The translations under genes and the position numbers were made by a program. A stretch of DNA of 43,752 nucleotides, from positions 124,001 to 167,752 of the forward strand of contig MU058582.1 of NCBI GenBank assembly GCA_013265495.1, in the 5' to 3' direction. Positions 12,801-24,800 of this stretch are shown here, piece after piece (the stretch's first letter is position 1; every line of letters begins with the position of its first letter). The stretch comes from Vicugna vicugna. Lineage: Eukaryota. The notes under the pieces were generated by a model. The model was not told the DNA's origin, searched no databases, and saw only the letters and a program-made list of their open reading frames with translations.

Positions 12801-15800
12801 GTTTGTGTCTCCTGTTTGTGAATTCCATGTTCATATTCTCTGCCGTATTTCCCTCTGGCAGTTTCCCTTGGCTCTTGATGTGTGAGTCCTTTGTACATGA
12901 TGCAAATCTCCTCTTTCAGTCTAACAAATTTTAAGTTGATTTCAGTCATACAAATTTAAACTTTTGAGGTCAAGTTTGTCAACCTTCCTTTTCCTTTTTG
13001 TATCTTGTTTAAGAATGTACTACTCCCTAACCCAAGTTCATAAAGACGCTCTCGTGTTTTCTTCTAGTAACTTTGTGGTTTTATAGTTCACCTTTAACAA
13101 ATCCCACATGGAGTTCATTTTTAGAAGTGCCATGAGGTGTCTTATTCATTTTATAGTCACTCAGTGTCTTTTCATTGACTAGTCTTGACTCCAAGTGATT
13201 CTGACCCCTTTTCAAAATTGAGTCTGTGTCAAAAGAATGTGGTTTAATACGCCAAAATAAAAGGGTTTTTTTCAGTTAAGTAGGTGAAATTATGAGTGTC
13301 TTAGTGCCTTTAAAAAATATTTTTCTTTAATATTAAGACTTTATACCACTTAGGATATTGAGGGAAAAATTAATAGGCTCTGAAGGAAATTCCAAATATG
13401 AAGTTTCATAAGTGTTTTGCTGACATTGCAGGAAAATGAATATTAATTTCTGATTTACTTGTGATTCTTTGAATAACTTGTGATGGGTCTTTAGTTCAAA
13501 ACTAGTATAAGCAAATAAGTACTTCCGTGGTACTCATAACTGAAAATTCTACCAGGGGCATCTCACTTTCGGGCATATATCGATCCAGGCTTCTGCAGGA
13601 ACTAGGTCAGCAAAAGAGCTTCAAACTGCCATGCTGGCTGAGAACCCACAGCAAGGAAGCAGGCTTTTTTGGTGCCTTAAGCAGAAGAATCCTGGGATAA
13701 GTTCTGATTAGCCGAGCTTGGGTCTCCAGTCCATTCCTGTGACATCCTTGTTACCCAGGGGACAGGGAACATTGACCAGGCCTGGGTCACGTACCAGGGT
13801 GAATGGTAGGCAGTTTGACAAGGCCCCCCTAAGCACGTAGGATGGAGTGCAGCCAGAAAGAGGGGTTCTGCTGCCAGAAGCAGGAGGGGGTGAGGGCACA
13901 GGACCACCAGTGTCCACTGTCCTCTTCCATTTCTTTGGAGGGGATGGTGTCTTAGGGGATGGTGTACAGTCTGGCTCTTTGTCAGCCATTGTGTTAGACC
14001 CCACCAGGCAGACTCATCTTACTTTGCAACCTTGGTTCTTCTGACAAGTGTTGCTGTACAATTTAAGGTACTGACTGGTAAACTGTGTGGTGTTCTTAAG
14101 CCTTTCAGGAGGTAGGAGGATACCAGGAGCTACAGCGTAAGTACATGGATGCTAAGCCAAACCTGACCCATGAAGGAAACTGGACTGTCCAGCTGGAATG
14201 CTTGACCCCTCGCCAGGATTCTTTCCATATATTCCGAGATCCCATCACTGGAGACTTCCCCTGGCCTGGGATCGTCTTTGGTGCCTCCACCCTCTCCTTG
14301 TACTACTGGTGCGCCAATCAGGTAACTAACCAGACCCCCTGCACTGACGTGCCTGCGCTGGGGTGGGGGTCCACCATGGTCTCTGAAGCCGGGCAGGTTT
14401 ACCTTCCTGTCCGCCTGGTGCCTGAGTGACGCTAGACCGAGCTCTGTCCCACAGTCCCATCTGTAACAACACAGCTATTTGCATTCTTCTTCCCTCTCAC
14501 TGTCTAAAAAGCACAGTTTTTTGCACATGAAAAATATGTCAGTTCTCTCAAATTTAGTCTAGAAATTAAATTTCGTTGTCAGTATTTCAGTTAGTTTTTT
14601 TTTAAGGACTCAAGCTTATTCCAAAAATTATGTGGCTTTCTATCAACGATAGATCATTAAATTGTGAGATACTCATGCAGTGGAAAGGCAGAGTAGAAAT
14701 AAAAAGGAAGTGCAGCTGCACACCGTGGTGTGGACGGGTCTTCAAAGCAGGAAGCCAAGACGGAGGCAGCTGAACACAGAACGCTCAGTGCGGCACAGTC
14801 ACGTTCCAAGAAGGTGTAACACAGGCAGGGCTCCGTTGTGGTGCTTAGGTACACACAATTAAGTAGCAAAAATTATAAAGAAAAGCAAGGAAGAAATAAA
14901 ACAGTCATTAAAGCAGTCGTTTCTGAAGCAAGGGAAAAGGTTGAGGTTAAGAAGGGGCACAGGTAACAGCATTAGTCACAATCACCAAAAAGTGGAACCG
15001 ACCCGCGAATGAATAAATAAACAAAATGTGTATCCGTGGGTTGGACTATTATTCAGTCATAAACAGGAATGAAGTACCTATATGTGCTACAGCTTGGGTG
15101 AATCTTGAAAACATTATACCAAGTGAAGAGAAGCCAGGCACGAGAGGTCACCTATTGTGTGATTCCTTTGATATGAAATACGCAGAACAGGCAAATCCAT
15201 GGAGACGGAGGTCTGATCAGTGCTCCTCCCCCCACCCCCTCGGGGGAGAGGGCAGAGGAGAGTGCCTGCTTCCTGGGTCTGGGTGCTCTTCTGGGGTGAT
15301 GGAGGAGTTCTGGCACCAAAGAAGGAGGCTGTACAACCTTGGGAATGCGCTAAATGCTGCCGAATTGTTCACTTTAAAATGGTTAATTATATGTTACGTG
15401 AACTCCACCTCAGTTTTAAAAAGAGGGAGAGAGGCTTCTGGGTGCCGTTGCATCTCTTGGTTTGGATGGTGGTTACATGGCACATGCCTCCATAAGGTGC
15501 TACAGTGTGCTCTCCTGGGTTATGTTACAAGGAACGGGATTTTCAGCATCTTAAGGGAGGAGAAAGTGCCACAACAAATAGCTAACCCAAGTCTGAAAAT
15601 GAAGAACAAAGGGGAGAACTTGCCCGACCAGATATTTAAACATTGACAAAAATACAAACAGTTTGAAATTTTCAAGAATGGACATATAGACTAATGGAAC
15701 ATAATAAGGAGCTCAGAGACAGACTCATGTACTTGTAGGAGGTTAATATATGTTCAGGAGGCTCCACAAACCACAGGGGAGATACTTACTCTTTGATGAT

Positions 15801-18800
15801 GTTAGAAAACCCAGCTCACTATTCAGAGTAGTAGAATTTCCTCCCTACCTAACACTTACACAAAGGTGGACTTCAGATGAATTAAAGACTTAAATGTGAA
15901 AAGTAAAACTGTGCGATGAAGGGAACGTAACGCTGGGGAATGCTTTTGAGATGAGGGGTCGTACAGTAAATCATGTCTAGTTGATCCCATTACATATACG
16001 TAAGGCCTTTTTAACCAAGAACACTGTGGACAAAGTTGACGGACGACAAGACTAGAGAAAACTGTTACGATTGTGTATAATGAGCAGGAGACTAATAGCA
16101 AACCCATAAGAAAAAGGAACTGTGATAGAAATACAGGCAAAAGATCTTGGGACAGGCAACTTACAGGAAAGGAAGTTCAAACAAACATAAATGCTAACAA
16201 GCCTATCACCCAGAGTTATCAGGGAAGTGCAGTTTAAAACCACAATGAGACTGGCAAACACGAGACAGCTTGATATGCCAAGTGTCGGGAAGGACGTGTG
16301 TGTTTCGGCGCCCTCGTGCGCTTCTGGTCAGCATGTGGCCTGGTTACGGCCTGTTCTAGAGGGTGACCTGGCAAGTATGTTGACTCTATGGCCAGAAAAT
16401 CCTCGTTGAGGCTCACAAGGGACCTGGATCGCAGCGATGGTTGCGGGGGTTACTCTGCGGTGGGCAGCTGAGGGGGGCCGCCCTGAGGGCCACTGTGCAG
16501 CCAGGAAGAGCGTGGGCCGGGCGTGCACACAGCAGGGCCCTGGAGCTCACTGTGCGGAGGAGCAGGAGAGCAGGCGGGGTCCTCTGCGATGCAGCCAGTG
16601 TTCCCATCTGTAGTCTTTCCTTTCTGCTAGTTACGTGTGTGATTCTGCTACTTCACCTCGAAGACAGGAGAAGTCCTATGTATTTCAGTGTCTTCTATAA
16701 CCATAGCTTTAAAACTTGCCCTCGTACTTCCACTTGTGACAGTGGGTAAACTGGATTCCTGAGCTGCCTCCCAGCACAGAGCTCCAAGGAATGCTGGGTG
16801 AAATAGAACTAACACCCATTGTAGTCACTGAGAAGCTCGTAAGGAAGGGTAAAAGTCTCCAGAGGATGAAGACAAAGCGCAGATTGTAGTCAGGAGAGCC
16901 AGGCTGACCTGACAGGGACAGTGCACAGGCAGTGTTTACCAAGCATGTCTTTCAGTGGCTTGGGCTTTTACGGCCAGATGAGAATGGGAGAAAGTCCTCA
17001 AGTTCGTGTGCGGTGAAGAGGGACCCCTCCGTGTAGAACTTGGGTTCCTGCAAGGCTGGAGCCTCAGTGGGAGGTAGACTAGGGGAAATCTGCCCAGCAT
17101 CAGGGAGAAACAACGGGAAAGAGCCTCAGCTGGGGTTCCAGGAGGAAGGCAGGAGTCCCCTCTGAGAGTTCGTGACAGGCCTGTCTTCCTGTATGGTTTA
17201 TGGGGTTTAACTGACCTGCATGGTCAGGGAAACCCCAGAGGAAGAAGTGAACTTAAACTCTTCCAAGACTTGTTACCGGCTGAGCCAGCAGGACCTGTGA
17301 CAGGTGCACCCTCGCCCAAGGCTTCGCCAGAGACTCACCAACAAGGGCCCGCTCAGCGTGAGCCCCACCATGGTTAGGAAACACGGAGGACTCGAACCAG
17401 CGCAAGCAAGAAACAGCAAAACTGGCGCCCCCACACTTCAGAAACGGAAGTGCCAGATACCAGACGCAAAATACGCGTTCAGGGAGATAAAAGTGGAACT
17501 GAAAACATTAACACAATTCCATCAAAAATGAGCGGTTAGATTTAAAGCTCGAACTTCTGGAAATGAAAAATATCCTTGTTGAAATGTAAAGCTCAGTAAC
17601 TTAAAATAGCAGGTTAAACATAGTGGAAAGAAAAAATTAGTAACCCAGAAGGGAGAACTGAAGAAATTGCTCAAAAAGTACAAAAGTGGAAAGTGTGAAA
17701 GAGAAAGTGACGTGGAAGACGGAGTGAGGATTACAACACACCTGTTAGAGTTCCAGGAGGAGGAGGGTAAGTGGTGTTTGAGGAGAAAGGGGCTAATCAG
17801 ATTCAGGGATCACCGCGAATCCCAAGCAGGTAGACACAAAGTCACAACCTCATGAAGTTGCAGAACACGAAAGACAAGGAGAAGACCCTAAAAGCCACCG
17901 GAGAGGAAAGATCACTTGTAAGAAGAGACACAGCCCAACAGACTTAGCAGCAACAGTGCAACCCACAGGGAGAATAAATAAGTAAAATTTTCACAGTCCT
18001 GAGGAAAATGTCAGCTGTCAGTTATACACCCAGCTAAGTGTTTTTCAGAAGCAAGGGCGAAATAAAGGCATAACCTTCCCTAGAGACTGAAGGTTGTGCA
18101 TGAAGGGAAAGGAGGTTCTGCAGAGCAAGAGTGACAGAGATGCTGACCGGCCCAGGTGCAGACCTCACACACTGGCTGGAAAGTCACTGTAATCCTAAAT
18201 ATGGAAAGTAAATTTACACGCAGGACAGAACTAAAAGACCAGACACGGTGGGAGCTCACTCTGCCTGTGGACCTTGAATTGCTCAGTGGGGTGGGGAGAC
18301 TGATTTACTTTAGGCTGGAAGTTGCATTCATGTTAAAATTTGAAGGGTAGTTATTAAAAGCATAGAAGTAGAATCTATAACTTCCTAACTAAAGAAAATG
18401 ATTTAAGAAAAATTTTAATGAAAAAAGAGGCAAACAAACTGACAGAAGGAAAGTTGTTTTCCTCTGGCCCGCCACCACCATTTTTAAACAGTCTGCCCCT
18501 TGCCACACTCTGTGATGTAGGACAACCCACGAAGGTGTTCAGGACTTTCTGCAGCCCCTGAGACTGTCCTGTCTGGGGAGTGAGAGTCTGCTTCTGCCCT
18601 TGCCCTGCTCCTTCATCCCCTCCCTTAGCGACTGTCTCCTCTGTGCTCGGGGCTAAGCAAAGACCAGGACGCGCAGCCCGGCTGCCCACCCGCCCAGCCA
18701 AGGCCCTGTGCGCTGAGAGGCGGACAGCAGAATGCCCGTGGGCCCCCTAAGAAGCAGCACCTGTTGTGTGAGGCAGAACCACTTTGGGGATCTCCCTCCT

Positions 18801-21800
18801 GTTATTAAAATTATGCATCTGGGAGCTAGAGAAAGCATAAAGAAGAACATGAAAACTCTGCCTGTCAATCCTGCCACCCCAGGATTAACCACTATTCCCT
18901 CAAGTTGGTTTATTCCTGTGGACTTTTGCCGGGTGTCACAGGGTGTGTGCTATTGTTGTGTCCCCTGCCTCTCAGTTACTGTCACACTGGGAGCATTTTT
19001 CCACGTTATTTAAATGTGCTTTGAGAATGTGATTTTAGTGCAGACATAATCCTGCGTTGTCTCGAGGCACTGGACCAGGTCTTTCTGTTCTTAGTGCGTC
19101 TCATCTGCCCGCTGTACTATGCTGAGCACACATCACCTCCACGAAACGGTGGTGGAGCTCCTCCCGGGAGACTCTGCGCGTCAAGGGCTACACTCGTTCA
19201 TTTCCACTTAGATGAGTGAAGTCGGCCCCAGTTCTAAACACTCATTTGTTGCCAGGGACCTGTGTGTGCTTAGACTGATGTCTCAGGCACAGAGACTGGG
19301 CCTCCAGGAGGGGGTCTCGTCCTTGCTGGGGGACAGCGTGTAAGCCCTGCACTGCGGTGGTTGGTGTGCCGTGCCAGCAGTGAGGCCAAGGTCGTGCATG
19401 CCACATGCGTCCCCCCTGGCAGCTGTGCACTGAGCACAACATGCGTGGCGGCCACACGCGCCTCCTCTGGCCCTGGATGTCCCGAGACGCCGGGTTGGTT
19501 GGGGTGAGCAACTGGCAATCCCCAAGGGCACACCCTGCTGCCACTACAGGTCACGGTTGTCCTGTCGGAGCCTAGGCAGCCCGGGCTTGATACAACCTGA
19601 GAAAGCCACCCACCCCATGTTTCCTTGGCAGATTTTCATCCAGGGCTGCCTGGCGGGGAAGAACGTGTGTCACGTGAAGGCTGGCTGCGTCATGTGTGGG
19701 TACCTGAAGCTGCTGCCCATGTTCAGCATGGTGATGCCAGGGATGATCAGCCGCGTCCTGTACTCAGGTGATTCTCGCGCTGACACGTCCACGCTGACCA
19801 CATCTCTCCAAGGCATCTGGAGGGCGCGGGCTTGCATGGTCTCCCGCAGTGGGCTGGGCTTGAGGTACCCAGAGTGCTTTCCTGAGAGCCAGTGGATTCA
19901 GGGTAGGGATGTAGCCCCACAGAAGTCTGGCGGGGGTAGGGGGTGGAGGTGGCGAGAGAGAAACTTCAGAGACGAGTTCGGGCAGGGAAGGGCCAGTCGG
20001 GCCTCCCTGCCGCCTCTGTGCACCATGAGGCCCAGTCCCTGGGAGGCCAGCTGCTCCCCTCACCCTGCAAGCCGTCCTGTGGGCACCCCAGCTGCCCGGC
20101 CAGGCCACGGCTGATGCTCTTGGCTGCTCTCCAGCCACAGACGGACCCCTACAGTGGGTCTGACGCGCAGGCCCACGTTCTCTCCAGTAAGTGCTACCAG
20201 GACGTCCCTGCTCCCTTCACGAGCTCTTGTAACTTCGTGCATGTCCCTAGTCCCCGTTCCAGCCTCGTTTCACTGGCTGTGCTGCCTCCGGCACCTGGTC
20301 TGTTCATTCATTAACCGTTTATGGAGCCTGTGCTCTGATGGCACAGCCCCGGGGCGGAGCAGGGGGCTTCCAAGAATCCTCTGCTGCAGTGCTTGACGAA
20401 GACCAGCGGAGGGTAGGCCTTCTGATTGCGAAGCTCCACGTGCACTAGATGTCTCCAGCCTTGACGGTCCTCCAGTCTGCCCTGGAGACATGCCTCTTTT
20501 TAAAATCCTAATTCCTTTCCAGTTTCAACATCCCAGATTTGGCCTTCAGCTGTCAGGCAGCATGTTTTGGGTTCTCGTAGGTGGTGCCTCCTCATAGGTT
20601 GGAAAATAGGCCCCTGTGCTGCCTAGGACCCCAGAGTCCCTTGGGCTTGGTGGCCCCACCTCCCTACCTGCACTTCATAGTGCAGACCACTCAGCCCACC
20701 GAGGAAGAAGATGGACAAAATCAATGTCTCTTGGACTCTGGAAGTGGTGGCGGCGGTGGGGAGGAGAGAGGGCACAGGAACCCACACTCCCCGAACCTCT
20801 GCCCACCGTGGGTAGAGCTGGTGGAGCTGACCTGGGGTGGCCGCGGGGTGGGGAGGGGCCCAGAACCACGTGTCCCGAGCCTGAGAAATGTCCAGACTCG
20901 CAGACTGTTTACACAGGCCGGCTGTATGAAGCCAGAGAGCCATTTGTCACAGAAGCTGGACAGCTGCCCCCACTCCTGAAAGAATATGCCTTTCCAGTAA
21001 CGTGAATGCTTCTGGCCCTAACTTCTGGGTCTTTCCCCCACCAGAGGGAGGCCAGATGTCACCAAGGTATGATTCCGTCAGTCTGGCTTTCTGTGTGGGC
21101 CGCTATATTATTTGAGGCTCTTGACTGAATGTGACGTGCACTTTTAGCTCCTCTTTCTTCCAAGCTGGTGTCCTCCACAGTCCGTCTGGGGGTGAGATGA
21201 CTGCCAGCAGCACCAGGCTTCCCCACCGCCAGCCCAGCAATCCCCAGGAGGGGTGTTCCCTTCCCCACAGTTCCAGCAAAAGTCCCAGGAGAGCCTTGGT
21301 GCGTTCACTGGAGTGACAGGGACCAGTCATTGTGGTCAAGGGGAAGGAGTTTCCAGAATGGCCGGGCTGGTGCCAAGGGAGACTGTGATCCTGCTCGCAG
21401 GGAGGGAGTTTTCACACCCTTTCCTGACGCCCCCGGTGGCACCATTGGCCCTCCACGTGAACCCGGGCGGAGTCCCGCCACCTTCTAGTCCACGCTGGCT
21501 CGTTGCTTCTGTTTCTTTCTCAGGCCATAACTTTATATCCCCTATTTACACTCTTCAAGGACATACCACATTCACTTCCTTTACTTTCCTTTGTCCAAAA
21601 TTTCTTCCCAAATACTCTGAAATAACACCCCAGTAAGATCACATGTCACTATGTGAATAAATAACCATTTGCCTCCCTGACACCAGCTGGGATCACTGAA
21701 AGTCTTGTTGAAGTCACGGGACTTGCTGTGGGGTCAGGCGGTGAACTGGCCGAAGCACCGGCCACCAGACTCCCCTGGCCTGACTCTCAGCCCTGACCTC

Positions 21801-24800
21801 CACCCCACACTCCTGAATTGGAGACCACAAATCTGACATCCACACACGATTTGCTTCCCTGTTCTCCAATCTCAGATGTCAGAGCTCAGCAGCCAGTGTA
21901 CAGGGGTGACCGTTGTCTCTCTCTGCAGATAAAGTGGCCTGTGTGGTGCCCTCAGAGTGTGAAGAGTACTGTGGTTTCAGCACCGGCTGCAGCCCCATGG
22001 CCTACCCCATGCTGGTGGCGGAGCTGCTGCCCAAAGGTGAGGCGTGGGCCAGCTGTAGAGGGCTGTGAGCTGAGTCAGGAGTAAGTGCACCTGTGTGCCG
22101 GCGGAAGCGTAGGCTCAGGAGGGAGGGCCCTCGGGGTGTCCAGGGAGCCTTGCTGGCCTCCTCTGCATCCATCCTCCTCCGTCTCCCGGACACAGCCTCT
22201 GCACTGATCCCTCCTCACTCAGCCCCACCCTGGCTCCCTGGTTCCGTGGGTGGGTGCTCGGTGTTGTTCTGGCCTGTGGACGTGTGGAGGTGAGGCTCCA
22301 TCCAGTGGGACAGGCAGGGAGACAGCTTTCATCTCACCTGCTTCCCCACACCCCACAGAAATGGCCAAATGTATAGTACAGTTCTTTTTATAAATTCCAC
22401 GTTAGCTGTGTGAATCAGGCGAGCAGTGTTGAGACAGTTCCATAAAATACGATGTGGATGGACTGCAAGGGAGGGAAACCCTGACATCCCACAGTCAGGA
22501 AGGAGGCTGTCCAGTTTCACCAGCTGGGCCTGTCTTCAGGCGCCCCAGGCTGTGGCCCAGGGCCATGGGGCACTGAAGCAAGGCCTGGCCCGAGTAGCCC
22601 CCAAGTGCAGTGGGGCCTTGCTGCAGCAGCCTCCAGTGCAGCCCAGTGAGCCTCAGACTGTTCCAACCACACACGGAAATCCCTCGACAGGGCAAGGTCC
22701 CTGCCACTTAGTGGCCTTTCAGGTAAAAGCCCTGGATTATCATGTTTGTAGCTAATGCTTGCTGAGTGCTTGCTCTGTGCTGGGTGCTGTGTTAACCCAT
22801 GTTCTCACTGTATCTTAGTCTTAACAGCAGCCCTGTGTGGTAGGCACTTTCATACCTACTTCACGGATGGGGACACTGAGACACAAGGAGCCGCGTCACT
22901 TGCTGTGGTCTGGATCCTTTCGAGCCTTGGGCTCCTCCTCTGTGAAAGGGGCAGCAGTGTGTCCATTTGCCAGGCTGCAGGGGGCCATCAGGCGAATGCC
23001 TGAAGAGATTTTTGGCCCAAGTAACTGCTCCTTTCCATTATATAAAGACACAGTAGGCACATCACCAAGCGAGGACAGGTGTGATGCACTGATCTGTCTC
23101 AGAGGGGCCTCCATTCCAACAAAGTCAGCATGTGGGAAAGTCCCTCAGGCCTCAGGTACCTCCTGGCGTGGCCGGCAAGCTGGAGGCCCAGAAAGGGTCC
23201 TTCTTTTCCAGGTGTTCAAGGCTTGATGGTGTCTGCTCTATGGGCCTCTCTCATGTCCTCCCTGACGTCTGTTTTCAGCGGTGCCAGCGCCGTGTTCACA
23301 ATGGACATCTATACCCAGATGCGGCCGACAGCCACTGAAAAGGAGCTCATGATAACAGGAAGGTGAAGGATGCCTCTAATCGCATGAGTTACTGCTGTCA
23401 GTGAAAGATGCCCACAGTGTGTCGTTATGCAGAAAACTGAGGCACTGATGCTGCATACAGAGTTACCCTGTCTGTGTACAGCATGGTGGTGGTTTCTTTT
23501 TGTCTGTTGCAGTTTTGCAGTGAAGATATATTGCTTTTATAATCACAAAGAACATTGTTTCCATTTGGGAAAAATGAATACTCACAATGATAGAAATGGG
23601 CATAGTGTATTAATGTGCCCCCCAAACCAGTCTTTGTGAGGAAGTTTATATACATTGTCTCACTACCTCATTCAGTCCTCTTGACAGCTCTTAAAGGTAA
23701 GTTTTATTCTTTACTCTCTCTGTGCAAATGAGGGGAAGGTGGCTCAGAGAAGGGACTTGGTCTGTCTGAGATCACATGGTAAGCAGAACACATCCATATC
23801 AGGGCCCCATCTTTAACCAGGAGGCCACATGTGCTAGGCACAGGGCAGGGATAGGAACGTGCAACGTGGGCCGCCATCATTCCGTAGGGTTTCACGCTGG
23901 CTGCCCATGGATCACTTCTGGCCCACACACTTTGAATGTGGCCTGTGTCATGCCTAAAATGTTTCCTTCATCCCTTAGCAGGGTGCATGGTGCAGTCTGT
24001 TTCACCTGCCTAACCCCTGCAATGAAGTTTCCTGGTACATTTTGTTAGCATTCCATTGTTTAAAAAACACTTTTCTCAGGAACTTTAAGAAACAGATACT
24101 AGTTTTATTTAAAGTGTCATAGAACATAGGGGGAAAAGGAAGACTTAAATTCATTTTATAAAGTTCAAGATATTGATGCCAAAACCTAACAAATACAGCG
24201 CAAAAAAAGATTAAAACCGAAGACTAATCTCACTTTAAAATACCAATGCAAAAATTGTAAATAAAATATTAGACACATATCCAACAATATACTAAAAGGA
24301 TGTTAAAAGAATGTCATCTCATTACGAACTGTGATTGTTGTCTGGAAATACAAGGATGGTTCAGTATTAGGAAATGTACTAATTAATTCACCATGTTAAT
24401 AGATTAGAAGAGAAACATCAAATATATCCAGATGATGAAAAGGTATTTGGTAAAATAGGTACTTTTCAACATGATAAAACATATCCTTATCACCTGAGAA
24501 TCCAAGATCACGCCTAATGGAACTAGGAAGGAACAAAGCAAGAATGTCCCCCTTACCACTGTATTTATACTAATATATATATAAAGTAAAATACGTCATA
24601 TATGGAGAAGTAGACCCACAGGTGAGGTCAGCAGACAAGGACTTTGAAATAACCATGATTAATATGAACAAGAAAGCTGAGGGGAAGGTGTATAAAGTAG
24701 ACGAAAAGAATTGGGAATTTCTCCAGAGAATTAGAATTTATAGAAATGAGAAGGTTTTTCTGGAATTGGAAAGTAAATATCTGAAGTTAAAAACTCAGTG

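Noticed and set aside
15026..15646. 206-aa ORF
   Set aside because: Read-through of an L1 3' end remnant
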